A DNA stretch of 64,000 nucleotides from Camelus dromedarius (lineage: Eukaryota), in NCBI RefSeq assembly GCF_036321535.1, contig NC_087447.1, forward strand, positions 43,898,001-43,962,000, read 5' to 3'. The notes below the pieces were generated by a model. The model did not search any database, was not told where the DNA came from, and was given only the letters and a program-made list of their open reading frames with translations. Numbering within the stretch: position 1 is the stretch's first letter; each line of letters begins with the position of its first letter. The position numbers and the translations under genes were made by a program. Below are positions 1 through 14,104 of the stretch, in pieces.

Positions 1-224
1 TGAACTGCTAGCACAGGTGTTGGGGGGGTGATGGCCCAGGTCTCTGGGAGCTGAGGGAAGCCCCACCCTCACCACCTGGGCCTCTTCTGAAACCAGGAGG
101 CACCATCCTCCTCCTGGATATTGTCCCGTGCCCAGCAGGGGACAGCTCTCAGCACTCTGGCCTGGGCTCTCTGCTGCTGGCTCCACGTCTTCTTTATATC
201 CTAGTAGAGGGTGTTTTATTTTTT

Positions 225-435
225 TTGTATATTATTCAAATTGTGGTAAAATATCCATTACATAAAATTTGCCATTCTAACCATTTGTAAGTGTACAATT
301 CAGTAGCATTAAGTATATTCACCATGTTGTGCAACCATCACCACATCCCATTCCCAGAGTTTCTGCATCATCTCAGACACTATCCTTTTATCAATAACTC
401 CCCCTTTCCCCCTCCCTCAGCCGTTACCACCTGCT
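225..435 (-). mobile_element. Old L1 (L1MB-like) 3' end fragment
   Basis: T-rich start followed by ttgtggtaaaata...cataaaatttgccattctaacc...gtgtacaattcagtagcattaag, typical of an antisense L1MB 3' UTR. Similar sequence occurs at 45465 and 49090. Confidence 0.7.
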
Positions 436-875
436 AGAAGTTTTTAAACCCCCTACCCCATGAGGCAAATGGTGGTGACAGTGGGCAGGGACCCACTTGA
501 AATTTCCTATCCCAAACCCACGTCTGAATTTTATGACCACTTTGGAGGTCACTCCCCCAAAGCTGCGGGGGGCTCAAACCACATCAGGGTGTCTGGTCCC
601 TCTGCCAGAGCGGCCAGAACTATCCCTCCCCACCCCACCACCAGCTGTGGCCCTGTAACCTCCTCAGCTTGGATTTAGCTTCTCTTTCTTTCTCCAGGAT
701 CAGCCAAACCGAATTCCGCTACTTTTCTTCAAGTGCTACTGTTAAAAAATACACAGACCAGAGCCAGGACCAGACCCGATGTCTTTGGTTGGGTGTGAAC
801 TCTAAGAGACGGCAAAAGAAAAGGCCATTTTTCAAAAAGAGGGACGCCATTCCTAAAATCTGGAAATCCAGATCT

Positions 876-992
876 GGAAAGGAGGGGGGCAGGGGAGGGG
901 AGGGTAAGGGGAGAGGGAAGGGAAGGAGAGAGGGGGAGGGAGGAGGAGGGAGGAGATGGAGGAGGAGGAGAAGGAGAAGGAGAAGAAGAAGG
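876..992 (+). repeat. Polypurine GGA/GAA low-complexity tract
   Basis: About 117 nt of almost pure A/G, grading from G-runs to (GGA)n to (GAA)n. Confidence 0.9.
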
Positions 993-3169
993 TCTGATGG
1001 CTCTGCTACCTAGAAGGGATTAAATGCTAAAAATAGCTCAAGGTATTGAGAGTGCTGAGGGAGCCTGCAGTTCATGAAGCAGAGGACAGTAAAATCTGGC
1101 GTTAAATGCTAGTAAAAGAGGGGTTCCTACAAAATGTTCGCGATCTGTGAGTCCCTGGACCCTCCCCATTAAATGTAAAAGTGAGCTTCTTTCCTAACAG
1201 CTTGGTTGTGACCTTACTGTCCTGCCCAGAGTGTTAAGAAAACACTAAATGCCTAGTAAAGGGTCCAAAACTGACCTAAAATGAAGGAAATGAACTATGG
1301 ATCAGATTCTCTGATGCCTCCCTGTTTTGCGTTAAGCCATGCTGACGGCCAGGTGACATTTGCAGGGCCATCTGGTGACATTTCTTTTTGGGAACAGATG
1401 AAGAGGCACCGGGGAGGGTGACGGGGTTGGTGCAGAGGCCAACACAAGACTCTCGGGTGGCTTCCTGGAGTCCATGTATGACATTGAAGGGGGGAACCCC
1501 CTGTTTTTTTCTGTAAGAGTATGGTCAAATTATATGTTATTAAACACTGCATGACCTGATGGGGGATTCTGCCTACACTGACAGTGTTCCTTTTCATTCT
1601 GAAAGCGTCTATGAATATGAAACCCAGGTACTAAGGAACACCCCTTATCAGGAAATGTTTTCCCTTACCCTCTTTCAGGGTGAGAAGGGAATAGACACAG
1701 CTAGAGACGATTTCGGAGCTAGCTTCCTGCTCTGATGGCACAGACGTAGCCTCCGCCAGCTTGTGGTTTCCCCCTTCCATTTCTGCGGGCATCCCAGTGC
1801 CTAGTGTCAGGCCCAACTTGCAATGTCTGTTGAAAGAACCAATCTTCACTGTGCTGCGACCATCCCCTCATGCCCTGCTCTCACTGAGTTGCTGATCTCT
1901 GTCTCAACATGGCAAAACTCCAAAATTTCCTCCATTTGGCTTCCCATCCCCTCAATAGGCTGCTGTCTACATCCTGCTGTGAAAGAACAGTGAGACCCTT
2001 CCCTCCAGGCCTTGGGGGAAGCACTACAGCCCGGCAAAAATCCTTACTACTCCCCGGTGCCAGCAGCATCCCCTCCTGCAGAGATGCCGGCCCTAAGGTC
2101 CCTGAAGCCACCCACGGGACTCCCCCAGCACCTGGCTCTCCAAGCGTTACCCTGCTTTGATTGGAATGTTTTCACAAGACTCTGTGAAAGTAGGATTGGC
2201 TACCTGATCAGTGCTGGTTTCCCTGTTGGACACAATGACTGTGATCCCTCAACCTCCAAAGAGAGAAGAAGCCAGACAAGCTTACTCTGAAGGTTACGCA
2301 CTGGCTGTGTTTCCTGACTGCAGGAAACTGGGACGAAGTGGGCCAAGCCCTGTCCAGCTGTTGAGGGACAGGGGCCCCAGCACCTATGGAGAGGGTCCCC
2401 TGAGGGACACAACTGTGTGCCCTGCTGCTTCCTTTAAACAAAAGAAAGCAAACAAGCAAGTCAAATCATGTCAGAACCATGTACAAATTGCAAATAAAGA
2501 GGCACGGATATAGACTAAACAAGAAAGATACATCCAGACACTAACAGTGCCTGTCTCCGGGCAGAGGGGACTGCCTCACGTATGGGTGACTTGGTGTTCG
2601 GGATTACCTACCCTTCTGTTTTTGCTCAAGTTTTCTCTACGGAGCATATGACCTAACAAAGGGAAAAGCCAACAAATTATTTTTAAAAAGTAAAATACCT
2701 CTTAAAGTTTAAAATAGACCAAAGCTAAAGTGAGACTGGGTTTAACAAGCTGCATTTTGTGGTCACTATAAAAGTAATCACCAGACCAGTCCATCCCAAA
2801 GGACCACTAACTCCCTGAGGGAAGGGACTACTTCCGCCCCACTCTCAGCACACAGCTCTGTCTCACGTCATAGAGACAGAGCCACCAGATGGGAATGAAT
2901 GTAACTTCCTGCCTGTATGGGGCCTCTCCCTCCCTCCCGTGACATGGGAGGAAGTGTCTGATCCAAAGCTGCCTCACCAACTCTGCCTGGGTCCCACCCT
3001 CTCTCACCTTCCAAAGGGCTCCTGGCCACAGGGCGCCCTCTATTGCTCATCCTCTTTTATTGGCTCTTACCTGTCAGCATCTAAAATGTCTGGGCCCTCC
3101 CATCTTGACAGAATCCTCTTCAATTCCAATCCCTTTTCTCCTCTTTGCAGCCAAAGGTGTCACAGAGCC

Positions 3170-3830
3170 CTTTAAACACTTTGCCTTCCCCATTTCCTCT
3201 TGTTTGCTGTTCAGTCTACTCCACTCTGGCTTCTACCCTTACCACTAACTTCCGTTACTAGAGTCACCGATGACTTTCATGTCTACAATCCAATGGGTTA
3301 TTTCAGTCCTTTCTTAATTGATAACAGTGCAGCTTTTGACCTACCTGCCCAATCAGGGTTTCTTGAAACATGCCTTAGGGACTTCTGTGATATAACATCA
3401 ATTTAACTTTTGCCTCTTTGGCTGTCCCACTTTAGGTTACCTTAAGGTCTCAGGATCTGATCCCATCCCATGTTCTTTCCTTCTTCATAATAGATTCTCT
3501 ATTAAGTAACTTCATAAACCCCAATGATTCAAATACTATAAACAGTATATGCTGACAATTCACAAATTCATATTTCCAACTCAGATCCTGCTTCCAAGCT
3601 CCAGCCAGGGATATCCAACTGCATTTTTATTTTTCATATTTGAATGTTTCACAGGAAGTCCAAACTCAATATGTTAAAAATGTAACGTATGATCTTATCT
3701 ACACCAAAAAAAAAAAAAAACAACCTCTATTCTTCATCGAATGCTTCTTATCTCAGTAAATACCAACACATTCCTTGAGGCTGCCTACGCTGGAAACCAA
3801 AAAATCATCTTTTACTCTTTCTAATCTTCC
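3170..3830 (+). mobile_element. L2 LINE fragment (5' part, interrupted by L1)
   Basis: Recalled L2-like motifs (ccactctggcttc; gtcaccgatgacttt; atatccaactgc...caaactcaatatg). Boundaries are approximate. Confidence 0.55.
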
Positions 3831-3849
3831 AGTCTCACAAAAAAGTAAT

Positions 3850-4316
3850 CATTTCTGACAACAGAGAAATAGGAAATGAATTTACCCTCATATCTTAAAC
3901 AACTAAAAATCTGGACAAAGCATATCAGACAATGGTTTACAAGACACTGGACATCAGGCAATGAAGGTAAGTGGTACCTGAATGACAGGAAACAAACAAG
4001 GTGTCTTATGACTGCCCCAGCTTACTACCTGGAAAGAGTTTTCAAGACAGAGCCCAGGTGGGACCCTGACTTGAGGAAACAGACTTGGGAGTCTGGAAAG
4101 TCCACTCCATCTAGAGTACAGGGCAGAGTACCAGAGAGGAGAAAGATGAACACTGAGAAAGCTACAGAGATCTATACTACAAAACGTTACTGAAAGAAAT
4201 TAAAATGATGTATTCAAAGGAGAGATATATATTGTAACTGGGAAGACAGTATTTTTCAGATGTGTATTCTTTCTAAATCGATCTTACAGTCAATGCAACC
4301 CTAATCAAAATTCCAA

Positions 4317-4361
<45 letters not shown>

Positions 4362-5900
4362 CAGATAACCTGGCTATAAAATTCATGTGGAAATTTGAAG
4401 GACCTAAAATAACCAAAACTACTTACATTACCTGCTTTCAGGACTTATTATAAATCTACAAAAATCAAGACACTATGGTATTGGAGTGAAGACAAATGAA
4501 TAGAGCAATGGAAAAGTACAGAGTCCAGAAATAGACTTATATATATGATCAACAGATTTTCTTCAAAAGTGCAAAAGGCTGTTACACAGACAAACTATAG
4601 TCTTTTCAACAATGGTACTAGAACAACTGGATACCTTACAAAAAAAAAAAAAACCCACCCCAAACTCCAATTCATACCTCTCACTACATATTAAAATTAA
4701 AGCAGATAATAGTCACAAATGTAAGAGCTAAAAGTACAAAACTTCTAAAAGAAAACAGGAGAAAATCACACTATATAAATTTCAATGAGGCAAAGATTTC
4801 TTTGATATGCCACTCAATGCACACTCTGGAAAGGACTAAATTGATGAAAATGGACTTGAGCAAAATTCAGAAATTCTTCCTTTCAAAAGACAATGTTGAG
4901 AGAATGGAACTACACACCATAGCTTGGTAGAAATATTTTCACATCATATATTTGGATAAAAGATTGGCATCTAAAATATATAAAGAACACTCACAACTCA
5001 ATAATAAGCAAGCAAGCAACTTGATTTAAAAATGGACAAAAGATTTGAACAGACACTTCAACAAAGAACATAAACAGATGGTAGACAAGCACATGAAAAG
5101 ATGCTCTATATCATAAGTCATCAGGGAAACACAAATTAAACCACAATGAGGTTCCATTTTACACCTCTTAGAATGTCTAAAATCAAAGACCTTGCCAAGT
5201 GCTGGTGAGAATTTAGAGCAACAAGAACTTCATCACTGTTGGTGTGGATGTAAAACGGTATAACCATTTTGGTCAACAGTTTGGCAGTTTCTTAAGGTAA
5301 ACATACACCTACCACAGGATCCATCCAGTCTACTTCTAATTAATTATGCGAGAAAAATGAAAGCATATTCCCATACAAAGCACGTGAATGTTGACAGGAG
5401 CTTTATCTGTAATAGTCTCAAACTGAAAATAACCCAAATAATCCAGTAATCATCATCCAAATGAGCAAGAGAAACAAATAGTGGTATGTATATGCAACTG
5501 AATAGTACTCGGCCATAAAAGGATTGAACTATTAATACACACAATAACGTGGATGAATCTCAAAATAATTATTCTGATTGAAAAAAGCTAAACATAACAA
5601 ACAACATACAGTATGGTTCTTACGTATAGAAAATTCTAGAAAAATCCCAACTAATCTACACTGACAGAATCCAGATCCCTGAGGTTTGGAGGATGGATGG
5701 CAGGGAGAGGAGAGAGGAGGGGGACCCAAAGGGAGCATAAGACAAGTTTTGGGGGATGATAAATATGGTCACTATTTTGACTGTGGTGACTTTTTCACAA
5801 ATGTATACATATGTCAGGTACTTTCAAATTGTATACCTTAAACATATGCGATTTATTGTATACCAGTTATTCCTCAATAAAACTTAAAAGAAAAAAAAGA
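3850..5900 (+). mobile_element. Old L1M element (degenerate ORF2 3' half + 3' UTR)
   Basis: Degenerate ORF2-type sequence (ctatggtattgg...gagtccagaaatagac; aaaagatgctc...agggaaacacaaattaaaccacaatgag), ending caataaaacttaaaagaaaaaaaag. Confidence 0.8.
4319..4358 (+). repeat. (GT)20 microsatellite
   Basis: Perfect dinucleotide run read directly. Confidence 0.98.
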
Positions 5901-6628
5901 ACTCTGGAATCTGCTACTTTCCTCCTTGTTTATTATCACCATTCTGGTGAGAAAAATCAACACTTCCCTCCTGGCCTTCTACAATAACCTGACACTTTCC
6001 TTGCTGTCCACTCTTGTCCATTCTCTGAACTGCAGCCAGAGTGATCTTTTAAGAACATAAATCTACTTGTGTCGCTGCTCAAAATCCTTCAAAAATTACT
6101 CATAAAATCAGGACCCAAAGACTTAGTCTTACCTACAAAGCTCTACTTATTCTTGTTTCTGCCCGAGTTCCATCTTGTTTCCCCCTTTTTAACCATTCTG
6201 TGCTTTCTGCTCCTGGAACTTGCCAAAACTATTCCTGTCTGTCTCAGGGATTTTGCACATGCCAATTCCTTTTGGCTGGGAATTTGTCCTTCTCTGGGTG
6301 AACTCCTAACCTTTCTTTAGCTTCAGATTCAATGTTATCTTCTCTTTTCCAAGCATCCTTCTTTGAGGCATCAAGCTAGGTTAGGTTTTTGGTTTTTTTT
6401 TTAAGGTTAGGTCTTGAAAGCAGCACTCACCTATGTCTCCTTCATAGCATCAACCACACATGTAAATCATTATCTGTGCAAATTTTTGTTTACTATCTGT
6501 CCCTTCTTTACACATTTCCATCTCCCAGGACTATAAGCTCCAAGAGAGCAGGGACCATATGTACTTAATTCCTAGTATGTTGCCTGGCACATAGTAGGTA
6601 TTCAAAATCATTTGTGGAATAAATGATA
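5900..6628 (+). mobile_element. L2 LINE 3' part
   Basis: ctgcagccagagtgatctttt... and the L2 3' terminus gactataagctcc...gcagggaccat...tgcctggcacatagtaggtattc...aataaatga. Confidence 0.7.
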
Positions 6629-7959
6629 GACAGAATTGGAACTCACTTCCTAACCCAGAACTCACTCCTTGACTTCCAGATTAGATTTTTCTCACCCTGC
6701 TCATGCAAAATCCATCCTATAACTGACAGCCAAGTAGACTTTTCCTATAGCTACTTAGGTCTCAAACTGGTAAGAATTAAGAGAGGTAAGAGAGTGGAAT
6801 CCTCAGTATTAAATATATTAAAACCAAAGTATTAGACTTATAAAAGAATGGTTAGTGATGTTTAGCACCACTAAATTGAGAGGTCAATCAGGGTTTTTAA
6901 AAGATCAATCATGTTCATTTCAATGATACAATTATTCTGGAAATTACACCCCCAAACAGTTCCAAAGTTAATTAACATGGAAGTTATCAAAGGATGAAAC
7001 CAGATGGAGACAAGACTGGAGAGGCAGGACCTCGTAGGAAATTAAGTCAGGGCTCCTCGCTTCAGGAAAGAAAGGTGAGAAAGTTGACGACTGATCCAAC
7101 ACTACCATGCTTTTAGCAAAGCAGTGGCCTAGATTTTCAGTGTAGCTGTGCATATGGGGTTGGGAGGATAAAGATTACAAACATGGCTATTTTCCAAAAC
7201 AGCTTCCTAAGAAACAGCCTACCTTCCCCTCCCTTTCCCTCCCTGCGATGTTTATAGACTCCCCTTAATTAGAGCATTTCAGCATGGAAGCATAATCCAA
7301 TCTGAAAGAAAATTTCCCTTGAGAGCCATCTGTCAGAATTAGACTCCACTTAGCTACTGGACAGTAAGGCTGGATTGTAAATACCACGGACTACTTCGAT
7401 TCTCCAAAGGCTCAAAACTCATTTTCCAAGCAAGCAAATGCCAATCCATGGGACAAGGCTTTCTGTCAGCAAACTGGCTCACTATCTGGGACAATAATGC
7501 TTCCACAGGTAGAAGATCATTAACAGTGGTCCCCGGGGGCCATTCTACCTGACCAGTCTCACCTTTCTTCAGAGATGAAATTGCCGTCCTTGACAACTCT
7601 ATGAAGTTCTCCTTCAGATGCTCCAGGTTTGCAGATTATTTTTTTCATTGAACTGGGTTGTCCCAGTGTATTCAGCCGTCAAGATATCTGACTGTGTAAG
7701 GGGGGACCAAGTGGAACCCACCCTAGCTCGCTGCAAAGCCAGCCTCTCAGAAGCACCCAGCTGGCTACGCGGACACCTGCCTTTGGTACCCATGCCAAGG
7801 CAGCAAGCAGACTCTTGGCTGGGAAAGGAGTGCATAGGGTGGGGGTGGTGGGGGAGGAAGAGGGTCCCTTCTCTCCTTCATCATTTCCCTATATGTCAGA
7901 GGTCATGTGAGTCAGAGTCTCTCCTGGGTCCCCCAAACCCCCTTCCCATTGCTCTGTTC

Positions 7960-8390
7960 TATCATACTTCAGTAGACCCCGCCTAGGCCCCCTTTACCAG
8001 GCCAATGTACCTACGCCTTAGCTGCTGTTGAGTGTTGGCTGCCCACAGCTCGAGGCTGCATCCTTCTTGAGAGGATTTCTGTCGACTGATGGGAGCTACC
8101 TTACAAATGACTGGCAAGTTATACCCTCTCCCCAGGGGTGGCCAGCAGCCATTGACAAACTAATACAGCGTTAAAAGGCAGCCCCCACTGTCTCAGGGTG
8201 GGGTATCTAGGTGCTGCCTTTCATGCGCCATGGCTTCTTGTGGGATCAGGCTCAGGACAGGCTTTAGCTGAACCCCCATCTTTTTCTCTCCTTACTTCCT
8301 TAAGGATTTCACTTGAGAGAAGTCCCTCAACAAATCACAGCACAAGAATCCTCTCAGCCTCTGCTTTGAGAGAATCCTTCTTAAGACACA
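7960..8390 (+). mobile_element. ERVL-class solo LTR (LTR16-like), degenerate
   Basis: 3' end cacaagaatcctctcagcctctgcttt...ttaagaca resembles LTR16 termini. The 5' boundary is uncertain. Confidence 0.5.
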
Positions 8391-8407
8391 CACTATATTG
8401 GAGCTAT

Positions 8408-8477
8408 TTCCTTCCTTCCTTCCTTCCTTTCTCCCTTCCTTCCTTCCTTCCTTCCTTCCTTCCTTCCTTCCTTCCTT
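8408..8477 (+). repeat. (TTCC)n microsatellite
   Basis: Interrupted tetranucleotide run read directly. Confidence 0.97.
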
Positions 8478-9799
8478 TTCACTTAAAATACATTTAGCAT
8501 CGCCTCTTAAGTGCTGAAGACAGAGTCACAGGCTGCCCTGAAGGAGCACCTAGTCTAGTGGGATAGGCAAGGATACACAGATACAATTCAACGTGATGTG
8601 TGTGTGAAGACGTACACACACAAGGGATACCTAATCTGTTCTGGGTGGATCTAAGGAGGGCTTGCCTAATGAGGTGATGATTAAGCGTAGGAGGACTTCG
8701 AAGATGAATAACATTTAGTTGAACAGGGAGAAGAGGAGTGGGAAAAGGTCACTGCAGATAAGAGAATAGTGTGTGCTCAGAACAAATAAACGACTGAGCA
8801 ATTAGAAGGAACTAGCTGGAATAACAGAGGGAAGTTGCTTGTCCAAAACTAATGGCAGACATTGCTGTTGGATCTTAGTCTTCTCGCTTGCTGAGCCTTG
8901 ATTCTGCCTTCTTGACCCTTCTTAACTCAGCCCCCTAGTCAGCTACCACTAGCTGATTAGAGTTGGTCCTCAGGATTAAAACCCTTTGCCATCCCTTTGG
9001 TACATGGGTTTTTATGCTTTATCTTCAACTACACATCTCCAAATCTACAACCTTACCTGCATCTGCTCCCACACAACTCCTCCCACATTAATTCCTATAA
9101 CAAAGAAGACGTTGTCTCTTTGTTTATCTAGAGCCAACCCATCTACTGGAATTTCAGATCTTGTCTCCTACCTTTTCAGGGAACTTTCACTATTGATTAT
9201 CATACCCTTTGTACTCATATCTTCAAACTCTACCTTTACTGACTCTTTTCATTAGATTTTTTAAATTGTCTTTATTTTCCCCTTCAAAAGTGATTTTTCA
9301 ATTTATATTAATTTATATTTAATTAACATAGAGTAAAATGCACTGTTTTGTTACAGTCGTATGAGTTCTGACCAATGCGAAGAGTCAGGTACCCACCACC
9401 ATAAATACAATAGAAAACAGTTCAGTTATATTCCTGAGCATCTCCTTCTATGCCACTGGGGCAGACACTGTAGACTAGCTAATTTAATATCCATTTCTAG
9501 CCCCTTCATCTGACCACATTCCAGCATACAGGTTGAAAAATTGAAAAATATGCTTTCAATACCTTCCTTGAATGTGAGGCTAGTTAGGTGTCACAGCTTC
9601 AGCCAATAAGAAACAGAATAGGTTGAAGACATCAGTGTGATTGTTAGGAAAGGAGTTTTAGAGGTAGAAAACACTGACATTTTTCCTTGCCACTTTACTT
9701 TCATCTCAAACACAGAAGTGATGTCTAGAATCATATACTTCACGATTATCTGATTAAAAAAATTATATAAGTAAATCAACAGGGTTTAAGAAATTGAAA

Positions 9800-12700
9800 A
9801 CACATCAAAAAAGTCTGTAAAAGGATCAAGTGATTAAACAAATGACTAAAGTTTGGGGACTCAAATAAAGCTGCTAGTTACGAAAATTACATTAATAAAT
9901 GGGAAACTCAATGGACTTACTAAATAGCTAATTAGAAACTGCTAAAGAAGGAGTTACTGAACAGAAAGAGCCAAAGAAATTACCTGGGATGCATCATTAA
10001 TAGAAAAAAAGAGTAAACAAACAACAAACATGGAAGATAGAATAAGTAGGTCTAAAAATAAGGGATTTCCAGGAGGGAAAGCTAAAAAGTGTCAGGAAAA
10101 GACAAGATTCAAAAAGATTGTGGTTGGGAATTTTCAGAATCGATATAATTCATCCTCAGACTCAGGGCATCTTTTGAATCTTAAGCAAGATAAACAATAC
10201 TTAAAAAAAAATCCACACCATTCATATCATCCCCAAGTTGCAAACAAAGAGAGAAATCTTAAATATGACATAGAGAAAAGAAAAGCATGTTATAATTAGA
10301 CTGCAGCTGTTTTCTCAAAACCAAGAGTTTAGGGGCAAGCATCTAATAGACTAATTGTTAATAAAAATGATCTATATAAGACCTGTATACTCATATCTTT
10401 TAAATTGTAATGTGAAATAATGATATTTTCAGACAAATAAAAACTGAGAGCATTAACATCAACAGACTCTTTACTGAAGGAATTTCTTAAGGATGTACTA
10501 AATGTGAAAAATAATCTATAAAGAAAGCCTAAGGAAATGATAAACTAAGAAAAGTCGTAAGTACGTGGCAAATTTAAACAATCATTAACTATATAAAATA
10601 TTAATTATAATGTGTAATTGAGGGATGCAAAAAGGCAAGGCAAGACAGAAGTAAAACACTGGCAAATAATAGCATGTTTTCTGAAATGACAGTGACTGGA
10701 GTCGAAGGTTCCAAGATATACGCAGAGTTTTGGAGGAGGCTTAATATACTGATTAACTTTTTACTTTATTAAACTAACCATGCATGTTACAACTTTTAGG
10801 AAACTACTAAACAAACAGAAATAGAGGGTATAGCTTATATATTAGTGAAAGGGAGAAAGTGAAATGGGAAGAAAAACACAACTCAAAAAGATGCAAAACA
10901 GGAAAAAAATATCAGGACTAAAGTAAGCACAATATAAAAGGTAGAAATAATCCAAAAACATCGATAATTACAATGACCTAAATAGATTAATCTTACTTGT
11001 TAAATGTCAATAATTGACAGAATGGATTTTTAAAAAAAATCCAGCCATACCTTGCTTATGGTGTTTATACTTAAAATATAAGGATATAGGAAAGTTTCAA
11101 GTAAAAGAACAAAGGAAAATATGTAAGACAAAACCAACTAAAAGGAAGACTGTATCATTCTACAAATACCAGACAAATTACACCTGAGGCAAAAACCATT
11201 TCTCTACATCAAGATGGACACTAAATAATGATAGAAGGTTTAAACATCCAGAAAGATATAAAATGTGGTAATATCATAACTATATGTATGAAGCTAACAT
11301 AACTACAAGAAAAAATTAAAAATCTACTATCATAGTAGATTCTGAACATGTTTTCTCCATAACTGTATTTCAGACTGACAAAAATATCAATCAAGATATG
11401 ATTGTCAGTAATGCAAGATCTTTTCAAACACATATAGCACATTTATAAAAACTGAAGTGGAAGAGAACATAATACAACTCTGAATACATATTAAATAACC
11501 TGTAAAATATAGCTCATATTATCTGATCACATTCCAATTAAATTAGAGCAATAACATCTTAAACATATATAACATGAAAATTAAAAATACACTTTAAGTA
11601 ATAAATAAATCAAAGAAAAGATTATATTTGATATAAGAAAACACTTAGATCAGAATGATATGACAAAAATAAGTATCAAAATTTGCTGACATACAGCTAA
11701 AGCAGTACTTCAAGGGCAATTTATAGCCTGAAATGCATATTTAAGGTTTCAGTTATACAAGATGAATACTTTCTGGAGATCTACTATACAGCATTGTGCT
11801 TAGAGCTAATAACACTGTCTTATACTTAAAACTTGCCAAGAGGGTGATCTTTTGTTAATATTCTTCCCATACCAAAATGATATGATCATCTTGATAAACA
11901 AAAATCTTCTGAAAAAGTTCAATATCCATTCGGGTTTTAAAAGTCTACAGGCAATGTCCTATTTACTGGTGAACATTCAAAGCATTTCTTTCAAGATCAG
12001 GAGCAAGCCAAGGATTACTCTAATGGCCTTTGTTCTGGCAGTCCTGATAAATGTAATAAAGCAAGCAAAGAGGATGTGGGGAGAAGTCAAAAGACTCAAA
12101 AAGGGAAGAAGGGAAGAACAAAACTGTACTTATTCATGCATGGTATAACTGTCAATGTACAAAACCCAAAAGAATCATGGGCACCTTATTAGACTTACAG
12201 TACGTAGCAATACCAAGAGTTGGCGAGACACAGACTATGATGGGCTCATGTACAGTTGCTGGGATTGTAAACTGGTCAGACCACCTTAAGATATAGGTGT
12301 TTTGATCTTGCAACTCCATTCCAAGGTATGTATCTTAGAGAAATTCTTGCACATAATAACCAGGAGACATATACAAAGAGCAGACATATAGCAGCATTTT
12401 CTAAAATGGAAAAAACTTAAATTAATTCAAATAACCATTGACTAGGGACTAGATAAATCATGGTACAGCACACAATGAAATGCTAAAACACACCGCCACA
12501 CACACACACAAAAAGAACTGCAGTATGTAGGTAAACATAAGTGATTCAATACACATAATACTGAACATAACAGTTTGCTGAAAACAAAACATAATTTATT
12601 CACATAAGTTTCACAAGTAGGCAAAACTGAATAACCTATGCTTATGTGGCAAGATGATTTAAAAGCAAAGGAATTATAGATATGAAATTCAATATATTGA

Positions 12701-12833
12701 TTATGTGGAGGAGGGAGTTTAGAGACAGAGGAGGGTCACATGGAGCTTTGAAGAGAATGATAACTTTCTCTTTCTTCAGCTAAGTTCTGGATTGACTGAT
12801 ATGTGTTTTATTATTTTTTTTAAATTATACATA
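9800..12833 (+). mobile_element. Highly degenerate old L1 (ORF1/ORF2/3' UTR relics)
   Basis: Strong A-rich strand bias with L1-like motifs (tctgatcacattccaattaaattag; acagctaaagcagtact...gggcaatttatagcc; tcatggtacagcacacaatgaaatg). Confidence 0.65.
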
Positions 12834-13670
12834 TGAAATCAAAAAGGACCCTGTGGTATCTCCCTAGGGATAGACTCCCTACCCCACCATGTCCCCTGCC
12901 TCTTGCTTGTAGAAAAGCTTCAGCTTTCTAGGTCTTCCCTGAGTTTCAAAGAGCGAATTTAATCAGAGAAGTGAGAAAATGGAGAAACAGAGAAAAACAG
13001 TCAAACAAGAGAAAATAATACTTAAGCCATAAAACAAAGTTAAGGACCTTCAGTTCCTTCTTAAGGGCTATAGATAATATTATAAGCCGTATCTTTGAGT
13101 GTTTTTTTTACAGATACTAAAACCCCCGCCAGGTAAAAGAAGTTATCTGTATGATGACCACAAGTACACAGACCCCAGACAGTTTGGAAACAGAAGGTTG
13201 ATGATGTTAACTCCTGAAACACCACCCTGATACCCTACCACCAACCAATCAGAAGAATGTTCATGAGCTGATCGGATACCCTACAACCATCATTCTTAAT
13301 GCTGCCTTTAAAAACACTTCCCCTATTAGGGGAGGGTACAGCTCAAGTGGTAAGGCACATGCTTAAGCACACTCAAGGTCTTGGGTTCAATCCCCAGTAC
13401 CTCTATTAAAAATAAATAAACCTAATTACCTTCCCACCAAGAAAATAATAAAATAATACAGTAATAAATAAAGTATTAAAAAAATAAAAACACTTCCCTA
13501 AAAGCCATAAGGGATTTCTGACTTTTTGAGCTGTCAGTTCTCCTTGGTTGGCCCCACATGTTGGTGGGTGCCTTGCAATAAACGCTGTACTTTCCTTCAC
13601 CACAACCTGGTGTCAGTAGATTGGCTTCACTGCACATCAGGCAAGTGGATGCAACTTTGGTTTGGTAACA
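12834..13670 (+). mobile_element. ERV1-class solo LTR with 4-bp TSD (CATA), interrupted by a SINE
   Basis: Starts TG (12834) and ends CA (13670). CATA lies on both sides (12830-33 and 13671-74). CCAAT motif near 13245 and AATAAA at 13577-82. Confidence 0.85.
13323..13485 (+). mobile_element. tRNA-derived camelid-type SINE (vic-1-like) with TSD
   Basis: ggggagggtacagctcaagtggta (A box)...gggttcaatcccc (B box), an A-rich tail, and TSD aaaaacacttccc at 13310-22 and 13486-98. Confidence 0.85.
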
Positions 13671-14104
13671 CATACACATTATACATACTTTTGTATGTGT
13701 CATATATTTCATTAAAAAAAGCAAATGCTTTGTTCTGGCACCTATACTATGATAGAAGCTATCAAAGCCAATTTGTCAGAGACCTGTAGCTTTATTAATC
13801 CCTTCCATCAGATTTCTGTTCTGCAGCAATACTGCTTTTCATTCCTGAATAATCTAGATGTTGAGAGGATACCATGTCTGAGGGATCACGAATAAGAAAA
13901 ATGGTAGGGTGGGATTCAGTGGGCACTCATGAAGACACAGCTTATTAGATCCCAGTGATGGCCGAACTCCACCCACATCCACATTATAAAAGGAACCTGG
14001 CTTCTCTGTTGTCACCTGGAAACCAGTGCTTTTCTGTGGGTTTTTCAAATTGTTGGTCCCTTAGGATCAGTTAGCCAAGCAGCCCCAGTGCTTTCAGCAC
14101 TGCG

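Noticed and set aside
669..1013. Gly/Arg-rich 114-aa ORF (protamine-like tail)
   Set aside because: It is a translation of the GGA/GAA low-complexity tract.
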